Below are positions 48,775 through 61,793 of a stretch of DNA of 64,000 nt, in pieces. The DNA is taken from positions 78,286,860 through 78,350,859 of the forward strand of contig NC_068983.1 in NCBI RefSeq assembly GCF_001194135.2, written 5' to 3'. Within the stretch, counting starts at the first letter, position 1, and each line of letters starts with the position of its first letter. The stretch comes from Octopus bimaculoides. Taxonomy: Eukaryota. A program made the position numbers and the translations under genes. The notes under the pieces were generated by a model that worked only from the letters and a program-made list of their open reading frames with translations, was not told where the DNA came from and did no database searches.

Positions 48775-50559
48775 CAAGTCTTGCATTTTAGGTGATTTGA
48801 ACCTGGAAATGAAATTTATCATGCATCTATGTTGTTGTGTTTGTTGAATGTTATATTGCATTTGTCTGGGTCAAATAAAATAATTGATAAACTTATAATG
48901 CTTCTGGGATAGTTAGAACTGCTTTTGCATATCAGTAATTCTCCTATTTGTGTATATGTAGTTGCATATTCTGTATTGGTTATGACATTTATTGGCCATG
49001 AATTATACCAAATTATTTCTATATTAAAATGTGTTAAAATGAACATTGATTAAGCTATGTATTATCAACATTGGTCAATTTAAACACATGAATTCTCAAA
49101 ATACCTATGCCAAGCTTTCTATTTAAATTATATATGAAATATGCTAAATATCAATAGTAATTAAATATGAGAAATATGAGATGTGGTAGGTTTATGAAAT
49201 TAATAAAAGCAGTGTAAGAAATCAAAATATAACATCAATTAAAGCAACATCAATTCAGACAGGATTAATGTTTGTAAAGATCCGTAAAGATCCTTCCTTT
49301 ACAGGAAAATATTGTCTTCTTTCTTTCATAAACATTGAAGCCAATAACTGTCAATATGTGAACAGCTACTGCAAACCTCTGCCAACAATTTAGCATTGCT
49401 CAAATTAAATGAAACATTTCCCTGACAAAGAGCAACTGCAAGCATTGAAAAATGTTGTAAGAATTTATAAGATTAATCTTGAAGCAGATTAATTGCTGGA
49501 AGCCTCATATAATATGCAAGCTTTTGAAAGAGAACAAATTATTCTCTATTGATTTCCCCTTCATTTTGCCAAAACTATGAAACAGGTATCTCAACAAACA
49601 ATTTTAAGTTCTATTGAATAAAGTGCTAACACTGAAAAGAAAAAATGTTTTCTATTCTATGAATATAAGTGTTTAATTAGTAACATAAAGCAAGCAACAG
49701 AAAATACTAAAATCTTTAGCTCTATTGTTGGTCTCATGAGAAAACAGAACTACATTTACTACAATAATATAAGACAATAGTGGAAATTTTGATGTTATTA
49801 ACTTTTATTGCTTATTGTACAAAATATCTCTATTGAAATTGTTATTATTCAGATCGCAATCCTTATCAATCATATCATCATTACGATCATTATATTATTA
49901 TTTCATTATCATCACTGTTGCTATTAATATAGACAATTTTTCACTGAAATTTAAAGTTTGATTTTCTAAGCCCTGTTGATGAGATATGTGATACTCAAAA
50001 TATCCTATTCCTATTCTGTTTTATATATTCATTTTTTCAGGAAGGCCTAACAACATTTAATAGAAAGCCCAACGAGGTTTAGGAAATGTTATTAACCAGT
50101 ATATCATTAAAGAAAAGAAAGATTAATATCCCATAACAGAAATATATGAATATCAATAACTTTATTAATAATATTGTTGTTGCCATTATTATTGTAGATG
50201 ATGTTGTTATTGTTGTTGTTATTGTTGCTGCTGCTGCTGTTGTTGTTGTTGTTGTAAATAACTTTTTAAATAGTTATCATTGCTTTTATTACCACTAGAA
50301 CCCATTCATGTGTACTAAAAACATATTACAAAGATATTACATGTAAAGATGTACAAAGCTTTCTAAAAATGGCTGTAAAGAACTAAAATGTCTTTATTTA
50401 TGAATTTATTGAAAAATGATTAATAAAAATATATAAAGACTTAATATAATTAAAAGAGGGCAATTCACCTAAACGCAAGTGAGAAACCACAACATGAGTT
50501 AGAGCACAGTGGTGGTCAGCATTTATATGCATGGCAAAATTAAGAGCAGATTTTAGTCT

Positions 50560-50601
50560 GTGTTGTGTGTGTGTGTGTGTGTATGTATATGTGTATGTAT
50601 T

Positions 50602-50634
<33 letters not shown>

Positions 50635-50723
50635 ACTCGTATGTGTGTGTATATCTATGTGCTAGTATATATGTGCTTGTATATATGTATATGTGCATGT
50701 ATGTAAATATGTGTGTGTGTGTG

Positions 50724-50764
<41 letters not shown>

Positions 50765-50790
50765 ATGTGTGCATGCGTGCATGCATGCAT
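50560..50790. repeat. (TG)n/(TA)n tract
   Basis: Direct reading. Confidence 0.95.
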
Positions 50791-50807
50791 GATTGTGTAT
50801 ATCTTTT

Positions 50808-50960
50808 ATCTTTTACTTGTTTCAGTCATATTAGACTGTTGCCATACTGGAGCAATGCTTTAAAGAATTTTAGTCAAATAAATCAACCCCAGTACTTATT
50901 TTATTTTTTTAAGCTGGTACTTATTCTATTGGTCTGTTTTGCTGAACTGCTGTATATATA
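50808..50960 (-). mobile_element. SINE family B, 3' half
   Basis: ttacttgtttcagtcat...ccatactggagc...ccccagtacttatt...ctggtacttattctattggtc. Confidence 0.75.
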
Positions 50961-51129
50961 TATAAATCTTGTATATATATAAACTCAACCAACCATAGCA
51001 CCATTCCTTTGGGGGTAATTTTTCAATATTTGCAGTAAAATAAGCATTAATTTTTTCATTCTAATGCTTTGTTTTCCTTTCTTTGCAGATTACATTATAC
51101 CATAGTAGTTACATATATATTGATTTCGC

Positions 51130-52330
51130 CACTTTAAAATGGATTTAGATCAGACCCATATCAGACACTGTATGCTATATGAATTCAAAACGACCCTTCA
51201 GTAATAGAAGTGGCAAGAAATATTTGTTCTGCTTGGGAAAATAAAGTTCAGACATCCAAACAATGATTTTGTCAGATTTGTTGTGGTAATTTTCCTACAG
51301 TAGATTCCCCACGATCAAAATAATGTAGTTCTGTTAATATTGAGCCTCAGAATTCTGCAATTGGAAAAAAAATCCAACGTAAGCTGTATGATAAGTGGCA
51401 AGACAGTTGAATTTAAGTCTTCGTGCCAGTGACACATAAAAGCACCCACTACATTCTCGGAGTGGTTAGCGTTAGGAAGGGCATCCAGCTGTAGAAACTC
51501 TGCCAAATCAGATTGGAGCCTGGTGTAGCCATCTGGTTCACCAGTCCTCAGTCAAATCGTCCAACCCATGCTAGCATGGAAAGAAGACGTTAAACGATGA
51601 TGATGATCATCATCATCATCATCATCATCATCAATCATCTTCAGGAAGAACTGAAGAAGCATCATCTGACTGATTCTCAGCTAAACTAAAACACTGATGT
51701 TTGCTCACCATTAAAGAGATGACTTGCTACCAAACCTTTCCTTGGTGGTATCATTGCAAGAGATGAAAAAAAAAATGAGTTCTTTATAGTTATATCCAAT
51801 GAAAAGAACAATGGTTAGCACCCAATAAAAAAAGGAGACTCCCAACCAGAACTACACTCCAGAAAGTTGTGCTCTGTGTTTGGTGTAAATGTGAAGGGTA
51901 TCAGATATCATAAGGTGTTAAAACAAAGCAAAAAGGTATTTTTATCACTTGAAAGCATTGCAGAAAAATTTACTGGAAAGGTGCCCTTCATTAGTCAGTC
52001 ATGAAGTGGTGCTGCTCTTGCATGATAATGCCAGACCACATAATGGCCAAGTCATTCAGAAAAAGGTTCTGGCACTAAACATGGTGGATATGACTTATCC
52101 ATTTACTCTGTCGATCTTGCTCCAGCAGACTATCATCTTTTCAGATTATTGCACGATTATTTTGAGAGAAACTAGTTTATTATTTGTGAAGAGATAAAAA
52201 AACTATATTGAATATTTCTGTGCTTCAAAGACCTCAAGAACTTTATGCTTGAGAGATCAATGATTTACCAAAGAGATGGTATTATGTTATCAATAATGAG
52301 AGGTGTATCTTGATTAAATATATCAGAGAA
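51130..52330 (+). mobile_element. Decayed mariner (Hsmar/SETMAR-like transposase) interrupted by an RTE tail
   Basis: MDLDQTHIRHCMLYEF start; VLLLHDNARPH; DLAPADYHLFR. Confidence 0.8.
51420..51632 (+). mobile_element. RTE 3' UTR fragment (family A)
   Basis: ...ggttagcgttaggaagggcatccagc...gacgttaaacgatgatgatg. Confidence 0.85.
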
Positions 52331-52400
52331 GACCAAAGAAGTACTTGTTTCTTTCCCATCTTGAAATATTACAGGTCTTTCTTTCTAACTTAATATATAC

Positions 52401-52565
52401 ATAGGTGTGACCATGGCTGCATGGTTAAGAAGTTTACTTCTCAGCAATGTGGTTTCAGGTTTGGTCCTACTGTGTACTAACTTTGGCAAGTATCTTCTAT
52501 GTCCCAGAAAACAAAAGCCTTGTAAGTGGGTCTGATAAATGGAAGATGAAATAAACCTACAGTAT
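52401..52565 (+). mobile_element. SINE family B, 5' half
   Basis: catggctgcatggttaagaag...ggtttggtcc...ttggcaagtatcttc. Confidence 0.7.
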
Positions 52566-52571
52566 ATATAT

Positions 52572-52950
52572 TCATTCTTTTATTTGTTTCAGTCATTTGA
52601 CTGCAGCCATGCTGGAGCACCACCTTGAAGGGTTTTAGTCAAACAAATAGACCCCAGGATTTGTTTTCTAAGCCTAGTACCTATTCTATCGGTGTCTTTT
52701 GCTGAACGACTATGTTACAGAGCATAAACACACCAACACCGGTTGTCAAGTAGTGATGGGAACAAACACACACACATATCATATATATATACGACGGGCT
52801 TCTTTCAATTTCCATCTTTTAAATCCACTCACAAAGCTTTGTTCAGCCTGAGGCTATAATAGAAGACACTTGCCCAAGGAGCCACACAGTGAGACTGAAC
52901 CCAGAACCATGTAGACGGGAAGCAAGCTTCTTACCACACACCCACTCCTG
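52572..52950 (-). mobile_element. SINE family B (full length)
   Basis: Collinear with 22425-22807. Confidence 0.9.
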
Positions 52951-53104
52951 TAAGTTTTAGTTGGTAATACAGCAAAAGAAACTGATAGAATAATTACTGG
53001 AGTCAAGCTATACTCCAGGATGGTCACAGTTCATTAACTGAAATAATTACAAGAGCAAAGGAAACAAAGTTAAGTAAATGGCTTGTTTCACTCGTGACAA
53101 CCAC

Positions 53105-54040
53105 TATCATCATCGTCTTCGTGTAACGTCTGCTTTCCATGCTGACATGGGTTGGATGGTATGACTGAGGACTGGTGAGCCAGAAGGCTACACCAGGCTC
53201 CAATCTGATCTGGTAAAGTTTCTACTGCTGGATGCCCTTCCTAATGTCAACCACTCCGAGGGTGTAGTGGGTGCTTTTTGCATGCCACCAGCATGTGGGC
53301 CAGTCAGCTGGCACTGGCATCAATCACACTTGAATGGTGCTTTTTACATGCCACAGACATGGATGCCAATCAGGCTGTCATCAGCCATGGGAATGACTTC
53401 ACTTGACTCAACAGGTCTTCACAAGTGCAGTTTATTGCTCAATGATTAAAGGGTACTCTTAAACGGGCTCGTTATGCTTCACTGGCATAGGCCATGGTTA
53501 TGATCTCACTTGGTTTGCCAGGTTGTCTCACTTGCACACCACTTGTGATGCTTCTTATGTCCAACTTTTCTCTCAGGGCACTTACACTCTGTCATGTATG
53601 CACACTGACATTACACATCCAGCGGAGCATACTAGCTTCATTCTTAACCCAAACTTACACATGTCCTCAGCAGGCATGGCCTATGCTACACTCTCAGAGC
53701 ATCCCCCACTGGTTATTGACTTGGTCACATAGGTAATGGAAACTATCACCTACTTGTAGTTTTTCCCCTTGGCATGTGACAGAAGCTGTTTTCTGCACAT
53801 TTTCAGTGTTTATTGCCCCTGAGCATTTGCCACACACAAAAACTATCTTCCCAGTTAGCCTTCCATTGATATTGCTGTACCTCTTGTTCATCCATAGCTT
53901 ACACTGGGTACATCCTATGGAGTTTTTACCTATGCCTTTTCTACAGATCGAACAGGGCCATCATATTCTAAATGTACCCGATCTGGTTCTCAACAAAATC
54001 TCTCAAACGATTGCAGAAAATATTTTGAATCTGAAAATAT
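53105..54040 (-). mobile_element. RTE LINE 3' ~0.9 kb
   Basis: NINGRLTGKIVFVCGKCSGAINTENV...EKLQVGDSF; NEASMLRWMCNVSVH; family A UTR and tail. Confidence 0.88.
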
Positions 54041-55399
54041 AGTCTAGAGTTGAAAGATCAGCAACAAAACAGTGAAGTTAAAGAAACATTAGGTTGCTCT
54101 GATTAGATCCAAGAAAGCTATAAACCACTTTGTTACCACTAATCCTCGAGTTATGCTTTCAAATATCTCTGAAAACGTTTTTACAAATTATTGAAATGAA
54201 AAATTAAAATGGTCTTGCATTTATAAATCATTTAAAATCTGTAAACCATGTATAGAACAATCTTTGTAGTAGCTTCTGATAAATTACATAACCTCTAAGT
54301 GTCTAAGGCATTTTAATGTGCTGTAGTATCACCACATGGGATAAGATATTATAATTTTGACATCAAAGATTCTGCATCAAATCATTCCTGTTTCACATTA
54401 CTTACAAATTTTTTCTCTCAAACTTTCTTGAAACAGACATTCATTTTCTTTGCACTTTGACTCTTCACTGATTAATGAGTGAAATATAATACACAGTTTC
54501 GATTATCTTATTTAAGTAGTACATTATTATTTATTGTTTTTTAAATATTGTTTTGTATTTTCATAAATATTCCATTTCAAAAGCATATTGTTAGTAGCGT
54601 TAGCTAATTTTCAAACTGAAATATATAATTGAGTTATTGAGTTAACTTTTAGAATTGTAAATATTTTATTTTCCTTTGGCTATTGTAACATAAAATGTTT
54701 ATAGAAATAAATGCTCATAGTTCCAAGCCAAATATTCAGATATTTCAAATTCATATTGAAAAACATGTAAATTTGGCTTTTTCTAACCTCTTTGTGATGA
54801 AGAATATTTTTTTGTTCAAAAACATTTTTAAAATGCTATAAAAATGCTAACTGCATGAGTGTCAAGAACCAATATTTTATAGGATGAAAAAATAAATAAT
54901 GCATTGGTGATTACATGGTATATGCAAACTTATTTTTTCTCATTAAGAAGAAAGTCTAAAGTTAAAATGGTTTGCATGATAGCATAATATGAATTTTTAC
55001 AGTTCTTTTCTTAATTGGAATGCATTTTAAGTTTTATTATATTTTATTTAGATGTATAGAAGACTTAGAAAAATTACAGGCTTCCCTTCATCTTAAAGCT
55101 AAAGCATTTTTAAAAATATTGTTAGCTAAAAGTTCTGACAATAATGCAGGGTTGACAACGCATCTTCAGGATCACACAGTTTAGGAATTGAGAAACTTTG
55201 AATCACAAAAATATATTTAGCTCTCATTAGAAAATCTTTCAAATTTACAAAAGTATTTTTAAGCAAGCAGTGTAGTCCATCTGTGAAATGGCTTTGCTTA
55301 ATATGTATAAAGTTGTGTTTTGAAGGCAAGTAATGGGTGCATAAAATAGTTTCAGTGAGATATACAGAAGACTGACAGCGAAGCAGAGCTTTTAGTATA

Positions 55400-55860
55400 A
55401 TAGATGCTTGAGAAGAGTTAACACAAATTGGAAATGGATGTAGATGTAAGAAAAGTCAAGTAGTTGGGTTAGGTAAAGAGAGGGAAATTACAGTATGGTA
55501 TTACTTCTTTTGACAATGAAAGGCTTATCATATTGAACAAAAAATGCAGTTTGCATGAATGTGTAAGGAATATGATGCTATATGGACTCACTGTCATGGG
55601 ACATGACTATTGAATGGAAAGACCAGCAGAGGTTCAACAGAAATGAGGCCAACATAATCTGTTGGATGAGCATACTCTCTCTGATATGTACATAATAAAC
55701 AGAAAAGCAGTCAGGTATTAAAGGCACTGGCTAAAGTGTAACAGTAACAACTGCAATGTTATGAATATTTGATATGAAAGATAGTATGTACTCAGAGAAA
55801 AATTGGAATGTTCTTAGTGAAAGAAGACTATAAAAGACGAGGAAAGAAGTATTGTGATTA
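55400..55860 (+). mobile_element. Old RTE RT C-terminal remnant
   Basis: LLLLTMKGLS...CVRNMMLYG...RNEANIICWM-like fragments. Confidence 0.55.
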
Positions 55861-56738
55861 GAACTAAAAATATTTGGCCTCATAGAAGAGATGGTGAAAC
55901 ACTAATATGCTGTATGATATATTTGTTAATGCAAAATCATCCTCATCATCATTTTTCTATTTTGGAATTTTTCATAACTAAGTCAGGAAGAGAAGGAGTA
56001 GCATGCATGACATTTCCAAGTATTCCCAAACTTATGAGTTTGATGTGGCTATTGTTCATTCAGAACATCTGTAGGACAATGCCTGTGAGAGAAATGTTGA
56101 GAGAGAGAGAAGTAATTTTAATGAGTTCTGTTTGAAGGAAAATAAGGTAGAATTTTGCAACTGGAGTTTGGGAGTTCAGACACTGAACAGGTGATGTTAG
56201 GAAGAGAGATAGGAAGTTAGTTTGATAGGTCTAAGTAGTGACAGAACAGCTATTTTATTTAGAAGAGCAGAGGTCATTGTAGTAGTGATAGAAAGAGCAG
56301 AGAAAAGAAAACAACATTGTTCAACTATTGATTAAAGTATAATGTCGAATGAATCATTGCCAATAAGTTGAATGACCTATTGGTTACAATTCAATACGTA
56401 GCACCAAATACAAGATGCGAGCAGTGTTGCAGTGTTTGTCTTACTTGAACTTTTTAAAGGGTTTTCTATGGATCAGCTGATGTTGTTTAGCCCTAGGTCT
56501 ACCTTGATTAAACAGACCTAATTTTGTATATGACAGACCTATTAACCAATGTCTCCTTCATTTTGTAAGTTAGTAGGGTGGAGTGTAAGTAAATATGCCT
56601 GCTTTTTTAATCAAGTCAAAGGATTATATAGAATCCCTCTTATTCCCTCATAAGTTATAGAGTATTCTAGTTAATGAGGTTCTATTTCTGATGGAAACAA
56701 ACATTTTGAGCCTGTTTTGTGTTTGTCCATAAATTTAC

Positions 56739-56860
56739 CTCTTTCACATAGTCATGAAGCAAATCAAAACTGATTGTACCCTCTTCCATACAGAAAGCAG
56801 CAAAATGATTTTCACAATGCATCCAGCTAACATTTGGACATGCGCTACTTGTGATAACTG
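56739..56860 (-). CDS. Candidate 122-nt exon (xVITSSACPNVSWMHCENHFAAFCMEEGTISFDLLHDYVKE)
   Basis: NAGNAG acceptor (taatag/cag), strong donor GAG|gtaaat, only one frame open to the donor, in non-repetitive DNA. Confidence 0.35.
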
Positions 56861-57240
56861 CTATTAAATACAATTACACAGCAATTCATATACATTGGGT
56901 ATGTGGAGATCAGGTTTCTAAAATTAAGAGTTAGCATTGGAACAGTGTCAGTAAACAGGTCACAGATGTACAACAAAAACATTTGACATCTCATGAATTG
57001 AATTTAGAGTACATTAACAGTTTTATATTATCAAATAGCTATATTAACTATTCTATGATGTAACTGCTCCAGTTTTTTATAATTCTCTCTGAATGGTGTT
57101 GTTAATAAAAATTCTGCCCTAAAGACTGAAATAAAATATTCTTATTTTAACAATAGGAGGATCAATGATTGCCCACAGGTACAATTGACCAACATGATTG
57201 AGTTGGCAACTGCATTCATAGGGTAACATCCTGACAGTTT

Positions 57241-57304
57241 AATGCAAAAACAAGGATAATGCAAAAACAAGGATATTGCAAAAACAAGGATAATGCAAAA
57301 ACAA
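57241..57304. repeat. 17-bp minisatellite, ~3.8 copies
   Basis: Unit aatgcaaaaacaaggat. Confidence 0.95.
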
Positions 57305-57349
57305 TATAAGATAATCCTCTAGCTACAGTAATCTAGTACATACCTGTAT

Positions 57350-57720
57350 AGACTGACAAAAGTGGTCAAGGTGAATGACCATCAAAGACATGAATAAGAA
57401 TCATTATACCTGCATAGCATTGAGATTCTATGGACAGAAGTCAAGAAATTATCAGTGTGAAAATCTTCATTGGAACTGTTGGTATAATAGAGAGCATGAA
57501 CAAAACTACAGCAAGAAACATATCAGTACTTAAATTTCTACATGTAGTCTAAAGTAGCTCTGCTATACACAGCCCACAACCTACACAAAACACTTTCAGT
57601 CTAATAGCACAACTCACACATTTCTGAAATATACATACTCTGTACAGTTGTCATCCAACGAAATAACCCAAATCACACTACTTCAGCACTGTTCACACAG
57701 TCAACCATCTAGTATCATAA
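57350..57720 (+). mobile_element. Old R4/Dong 3' remnant
   Basis: IEILWTEVKK...IGTVGII; KVALLYTAHNLHKTLSV*. Confidence 0.55.
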
Positions 57721-58610
57721 CACAGATTATACTACACATACTATCTATTTAATCAACCAATAAAATAAAATTTGTCCAATAAAGATGCATCCACACAGGG
57801 GTGCACAATAAAGATGCATCCTCTTCAAGGATAGAAAATATTTTGATAAACTTGACTTTCCACTAATTTTGCCCAACATTAACAGAGAGTACATGTATCA
57901 CAAACAATCATCTTTCCACTTCTGAATACTATAAACCCCGTGCAAGAAGCAAACATGTGAAGAATCCTCAATATGGTCGCTCAAACTTGTAAAACTAAAA
58001 CCACACCTTTCTCAACCATGTTCTTACCTCTCTAAAATGAACATATTTCCTGAGAAATTATTAGAATGATCATGGCTTTAATGTCTTTAATAACAAGTCT
58101 ACTTGACAGACACTGGTTCTGAGCAATAAAACAAAAAATAAAATTAACAACAGCATCTGATTTTTGGTAAATATTCCCTCACATATTGCAACTACTTCAG
58201 CCCACAAAATATACTGCTTCTTCTTTGTTTCAGTGGCTGCTCTTACAAGTAGATTCAGTACCTCAGAAAATGCAAACTACATTTCGTTTCCCCATAACCC
58301 CACTCAATTTATTCAATGTTCCTCATATCTACTGTGTGTTAACACCAAATTCCTCAACTAAGCATATTTCCCAATCATTTTCCTAGAAGTACTACCTTCT
58401 GGAATATAGACCCTGTCCACCTTTCTTTTCTTTCCTGCTGACATCAGTCTACAAATGTTCAGTCTGAATATCAACTGCATCAATCTCAGATCATAATAGA
58501 CTTCTAAAGTTATGGGTACTGCTTTTCATTGCATAATAAAAAATCATTGGTAATATGTATCTGATTAAAATAGATGCAAATTGCATATCTATAACAATTA
58601 ACAACCAAAT

Positions 58611-58719
58611 TTGGTTTATTACATTAACTTTTGCCACTAATGCACTTGGTTTATCACATTAACTATTGTCACTAATGCACTTGGTTTATCACATTAACTT
58701 TTGCCACTAATGCACTTGG
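58611..58719. repeat. 35-bp minisatellite, ~3.1 copies
   Basis: Unit ttggtttatcacattaacttttgccactaatgcac. Confidence 0.95.
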
Positions 58720-58977
58720 AAAACAGGATAACCTTTTATTTTACTCCTATAAACATGATAATTTGTACTAATATAAAACAATTTGTGTATTTTTGAATAA
58801 TAATTCAGAGAAGATAGCTAATCAAAAGCAACAGAGATGAATTACATTATTTATTTAGTTTCAATTTTTTCAGGTTAGTATTTTAAATCTGCAGTGGCTG
58901 ACTTTCTTTCTTTATTCATAATTTGTGCTACATTAAGTGCTAGTAATATATTGACATGGAACCAAACAAATATACAA

Positions 58978-59022
<45 letters not shown>

Positions 59023-59030
<8 letters not shown>

Positions 59031-60337
59031 GGTACCCAAAAGAAACCAGAATTTTGCAATATTATTTTATTTACTTAATTTTACATGTTTACACTTTTAT
59101 TGCCTTCTGACCAACGTTGCCTTCCTAGCACCTGAAAAGTCATTCGAGCGAGATCATTGCCAGTGCCGATGGACTGGCTCCTGTGCAGGTGGCACGTAAA
59201 ATACACCATTTCGAGCATGGCCTTTGCCAGTAAGACATCCGAGCGAGATTGTTGCCAGTGCCGATGGACTGGTTCCTGTGCAGGTGGCACGTAAAATACA
59301 CCATTTTGAATGTGGCCATTGCCAGTAACTGCCTGACTGGCCCTCATGCCAGTGGCACATAAAAGTACCCACTACACTCTTGGAGTGGTTGGCGTTAGGA
59401 AGGGCATCCAGCTGTAGAAACTCTGCCAAATCAGATTGGAGCCTGGTGTTGCCTCCTGGTCCACCAGTCCTCAGTCAAATCGTCCAACCCATGCTAGCAT
59501 GGAAAGCGGACGTTGATGGTGATGAAGTATTCTCCATTTGAAGCAATGCATTGCTCCAGATGCATTTTCCATTGTTCACACCTGTGCTGGAACTCTTATG
59601 AAGTGATGCTTTTTAACACCTCTGTCGTTTTTTCCTTCAACTCTTCCACATCTGCAAATTCCATAGCACCAGATTTCATCACCAGTGATGACCTTCAAAA
59701 TAAGGTTCAGATAAACTTCCAACAGTTCTTTCAGTTCATAACATGCATTCACTCATGACTGCTTTTGGTCTTCCATGAGCAAGTAAGGCACAAATTTTAC
59801 TGCAACTCTTTACATTCACAATTTCTCACTCAAAATTTGTTTGCAAAAGCTCCAAGACACACAAGTCATATCTACAAATTTGTCATTTGTTCAGTGATGT
59901 TCCTCCAAGATCAATTCATGAATTTTCATGATGTGTTCATTCATTCAGGAGGTCAATGTTCACCCGAAACAAGGTTGATCTTCAAGTGACAATTAGCCAT
60001 TCCTAAAGCAGGAAAAACCACTTGTAAACTTGTATTTTGCTCATGGAAGCGTCCTTGAAAGCTGTTTGAAGCATGACAACTGTTTTGGCTGCTGTTTTAC
60101 CCAGCAGAAAACAGAATTTCATGGAAGTATGCTGTTCCTTCTTTTCAGTCATAGCAAAAATCAATGAACAGGGGAGAAGCACTACAGAACAAAGACACAC
60201 CACGTAGCAGAACGACCTCATAGGTTGGCAAACTGATGCCTGAGGTTCGCATCAAGTGGCTTCTAGCAGCAGAAACCTGAACTACAAAGGGCTTGTCCAA
60301 CAGACAATGTTTCCAGTTACTTTTGGGTACCTCTTCA
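59023..60337 (-). mobile_element. Mariner element with both TIRs, internally deleted, carrying an RTE-tail insertion
   Basis: TA|tgatggggtacccaaaagaaaccagaa ... ttccagttacttttgggtacctcttca|TA; MTEKKEQHTSMKFCFLLGKTAAKTVVMLQTAFKD. Confidence 0.9.
59107..59523 (+). mobile_element. RTE 3' UTR fragment (family A) inserted in the mariner
   Basis: About three tandem units plus the core, ending ggaaagcggacgttgatggtgat. Confidence 0.85.
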
Positions 60338-60492
60338 TATATATATATGTATATTTATATGTGTATACATGTATATAGGCATACATATATATGTATACAT
60401 ATATGTATGTACATATGTATATGTGTGTGTGCATGCATGTGTGTATTTGTGTATGTGTGCATGTGTGTGTGTATGTGTGCTTGTGTGTGTGT
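60338..60492. repeat. (TA)/(TG) tract
   Basis: Direct reading. Confidence 0.9.
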
Positions 60493-61169
60493 AATTCTTT
60501 TTCAGATTAGAGGTAACATGCATAATTGCATAATGTTTCTAATATTGTTATGTAATTGTTTTGGCATTTTGCTGAATTGCATGTTTGTTCTACAAAAGTA
60601 GTCAAAAATATCACACCTGTTTGCTACTGTTAATATTGGTTTGATGGTTGAATGTGCATTTCTATATTAAAAGGAATTTTAGATATTAATTTTGTTTAGA
60701 ATTTATTAACATACCATAGTAATTTCAGCAATTGTCTTTATTTTTAATGGTAAATTTAAAAAGTTAGACGAAAGTTTAAAAGAAAGGGAAAAATAAAATA
60801 AAATTCAAAAGCTAACTTCAAACCATTGAGTAATTACATTTTCTTGACACCATTTGCTAATGTTACAATTGACCAGCCAGACTTCTTTTGATTAAAACTG
60901 GACATTGAGTAGTAAAAAAACACAACTTATGCTTTTAAGCATTCAACCAATCAGGACATCAGAAAAACAACTGACATTTTAAGTGAGTCTGCCAAATAGA
61001 GTGTTAGACTACTGTCAGACAAAGACAAGTAACCACAATATTTGATAAACAAGTAATGTCCACAGTCAGTAAATCAACCAAAACACTGGACCAGGTAGAC
61101 AAAAATAAGTGATGTCATTGAATAAATAACCAATTAGGACTTGAATCTGTGTCATAAAACCTACATATA

Positions 61170-61707
61170 CAGGGTGTCCCAAAAGTCACTGATGGGTTTC
61201 GATTTTTAATAATTTCTTTAACTTTACAAATAAATGCATGAAAGTTTGATACAACATAAAGTACATAATGGAAAATAATATGCACAAGTCAAATTTTGCA
61301 ACACTACTACATCACATATACAAAAATGACATCGCTTAAATGGCAGCCATTTTCGGCTTTGCACACCCGTATTCTTCCCAAACCTTGCACCATAACACCC
61401 TCGGGATTTTCAGAACCCACTTCTCTGATTTCCCTATTAATTTTCTCCTTCATTTGCACCAGGGTATCCCTACAAGAAAAAATCTGGGCAAGTCAATTCT
61501 GAGAGCATGGATGTGCGAAGCCAAAAATGGCTGCCATATAACTGATGTCATTTTGCATGCGTAATGCAGTGGTTTTTCAAACTTTGACTGATGCACATTA
61601 ATTTCCAATATGTTCTCTATATTGTATCAAAATTTTCATGCATTTATTTGTAGTGTTAAGGAAGTTATTAAAATTTGAAACCCATCAGTGACTTTTGGGA
61701 CACCCTG
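61170..61707. mobile_element. Tc1-type MITE with ~200-bp inverted arms
   Basis: cagggtgtcccaaaagtcactgatgggtttc ... gaaacccatcagtgacttttgggacaccctg; arm similarity extends to aaatggcagccatttt/aaaatggctgccat. Confidence 0.9.
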
Positions 61708-61793
61708 TTATAAAGCAATATAAAGCAAGTGACAAACAATTCTGCCTCAGAGAACATGACAGATCTTATAAAATTGTTTCTCATTTACTTTAA

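Noticed and set aside
56752-56897. Plus-strand exon overlapping the minus candidate
   Set aside because: Good splice signals, but stops in all frames before the donor.
58611-58719. CRISPR array
   Set aside because: Tandem repeat without unique spacers, in a eukaryotic context.
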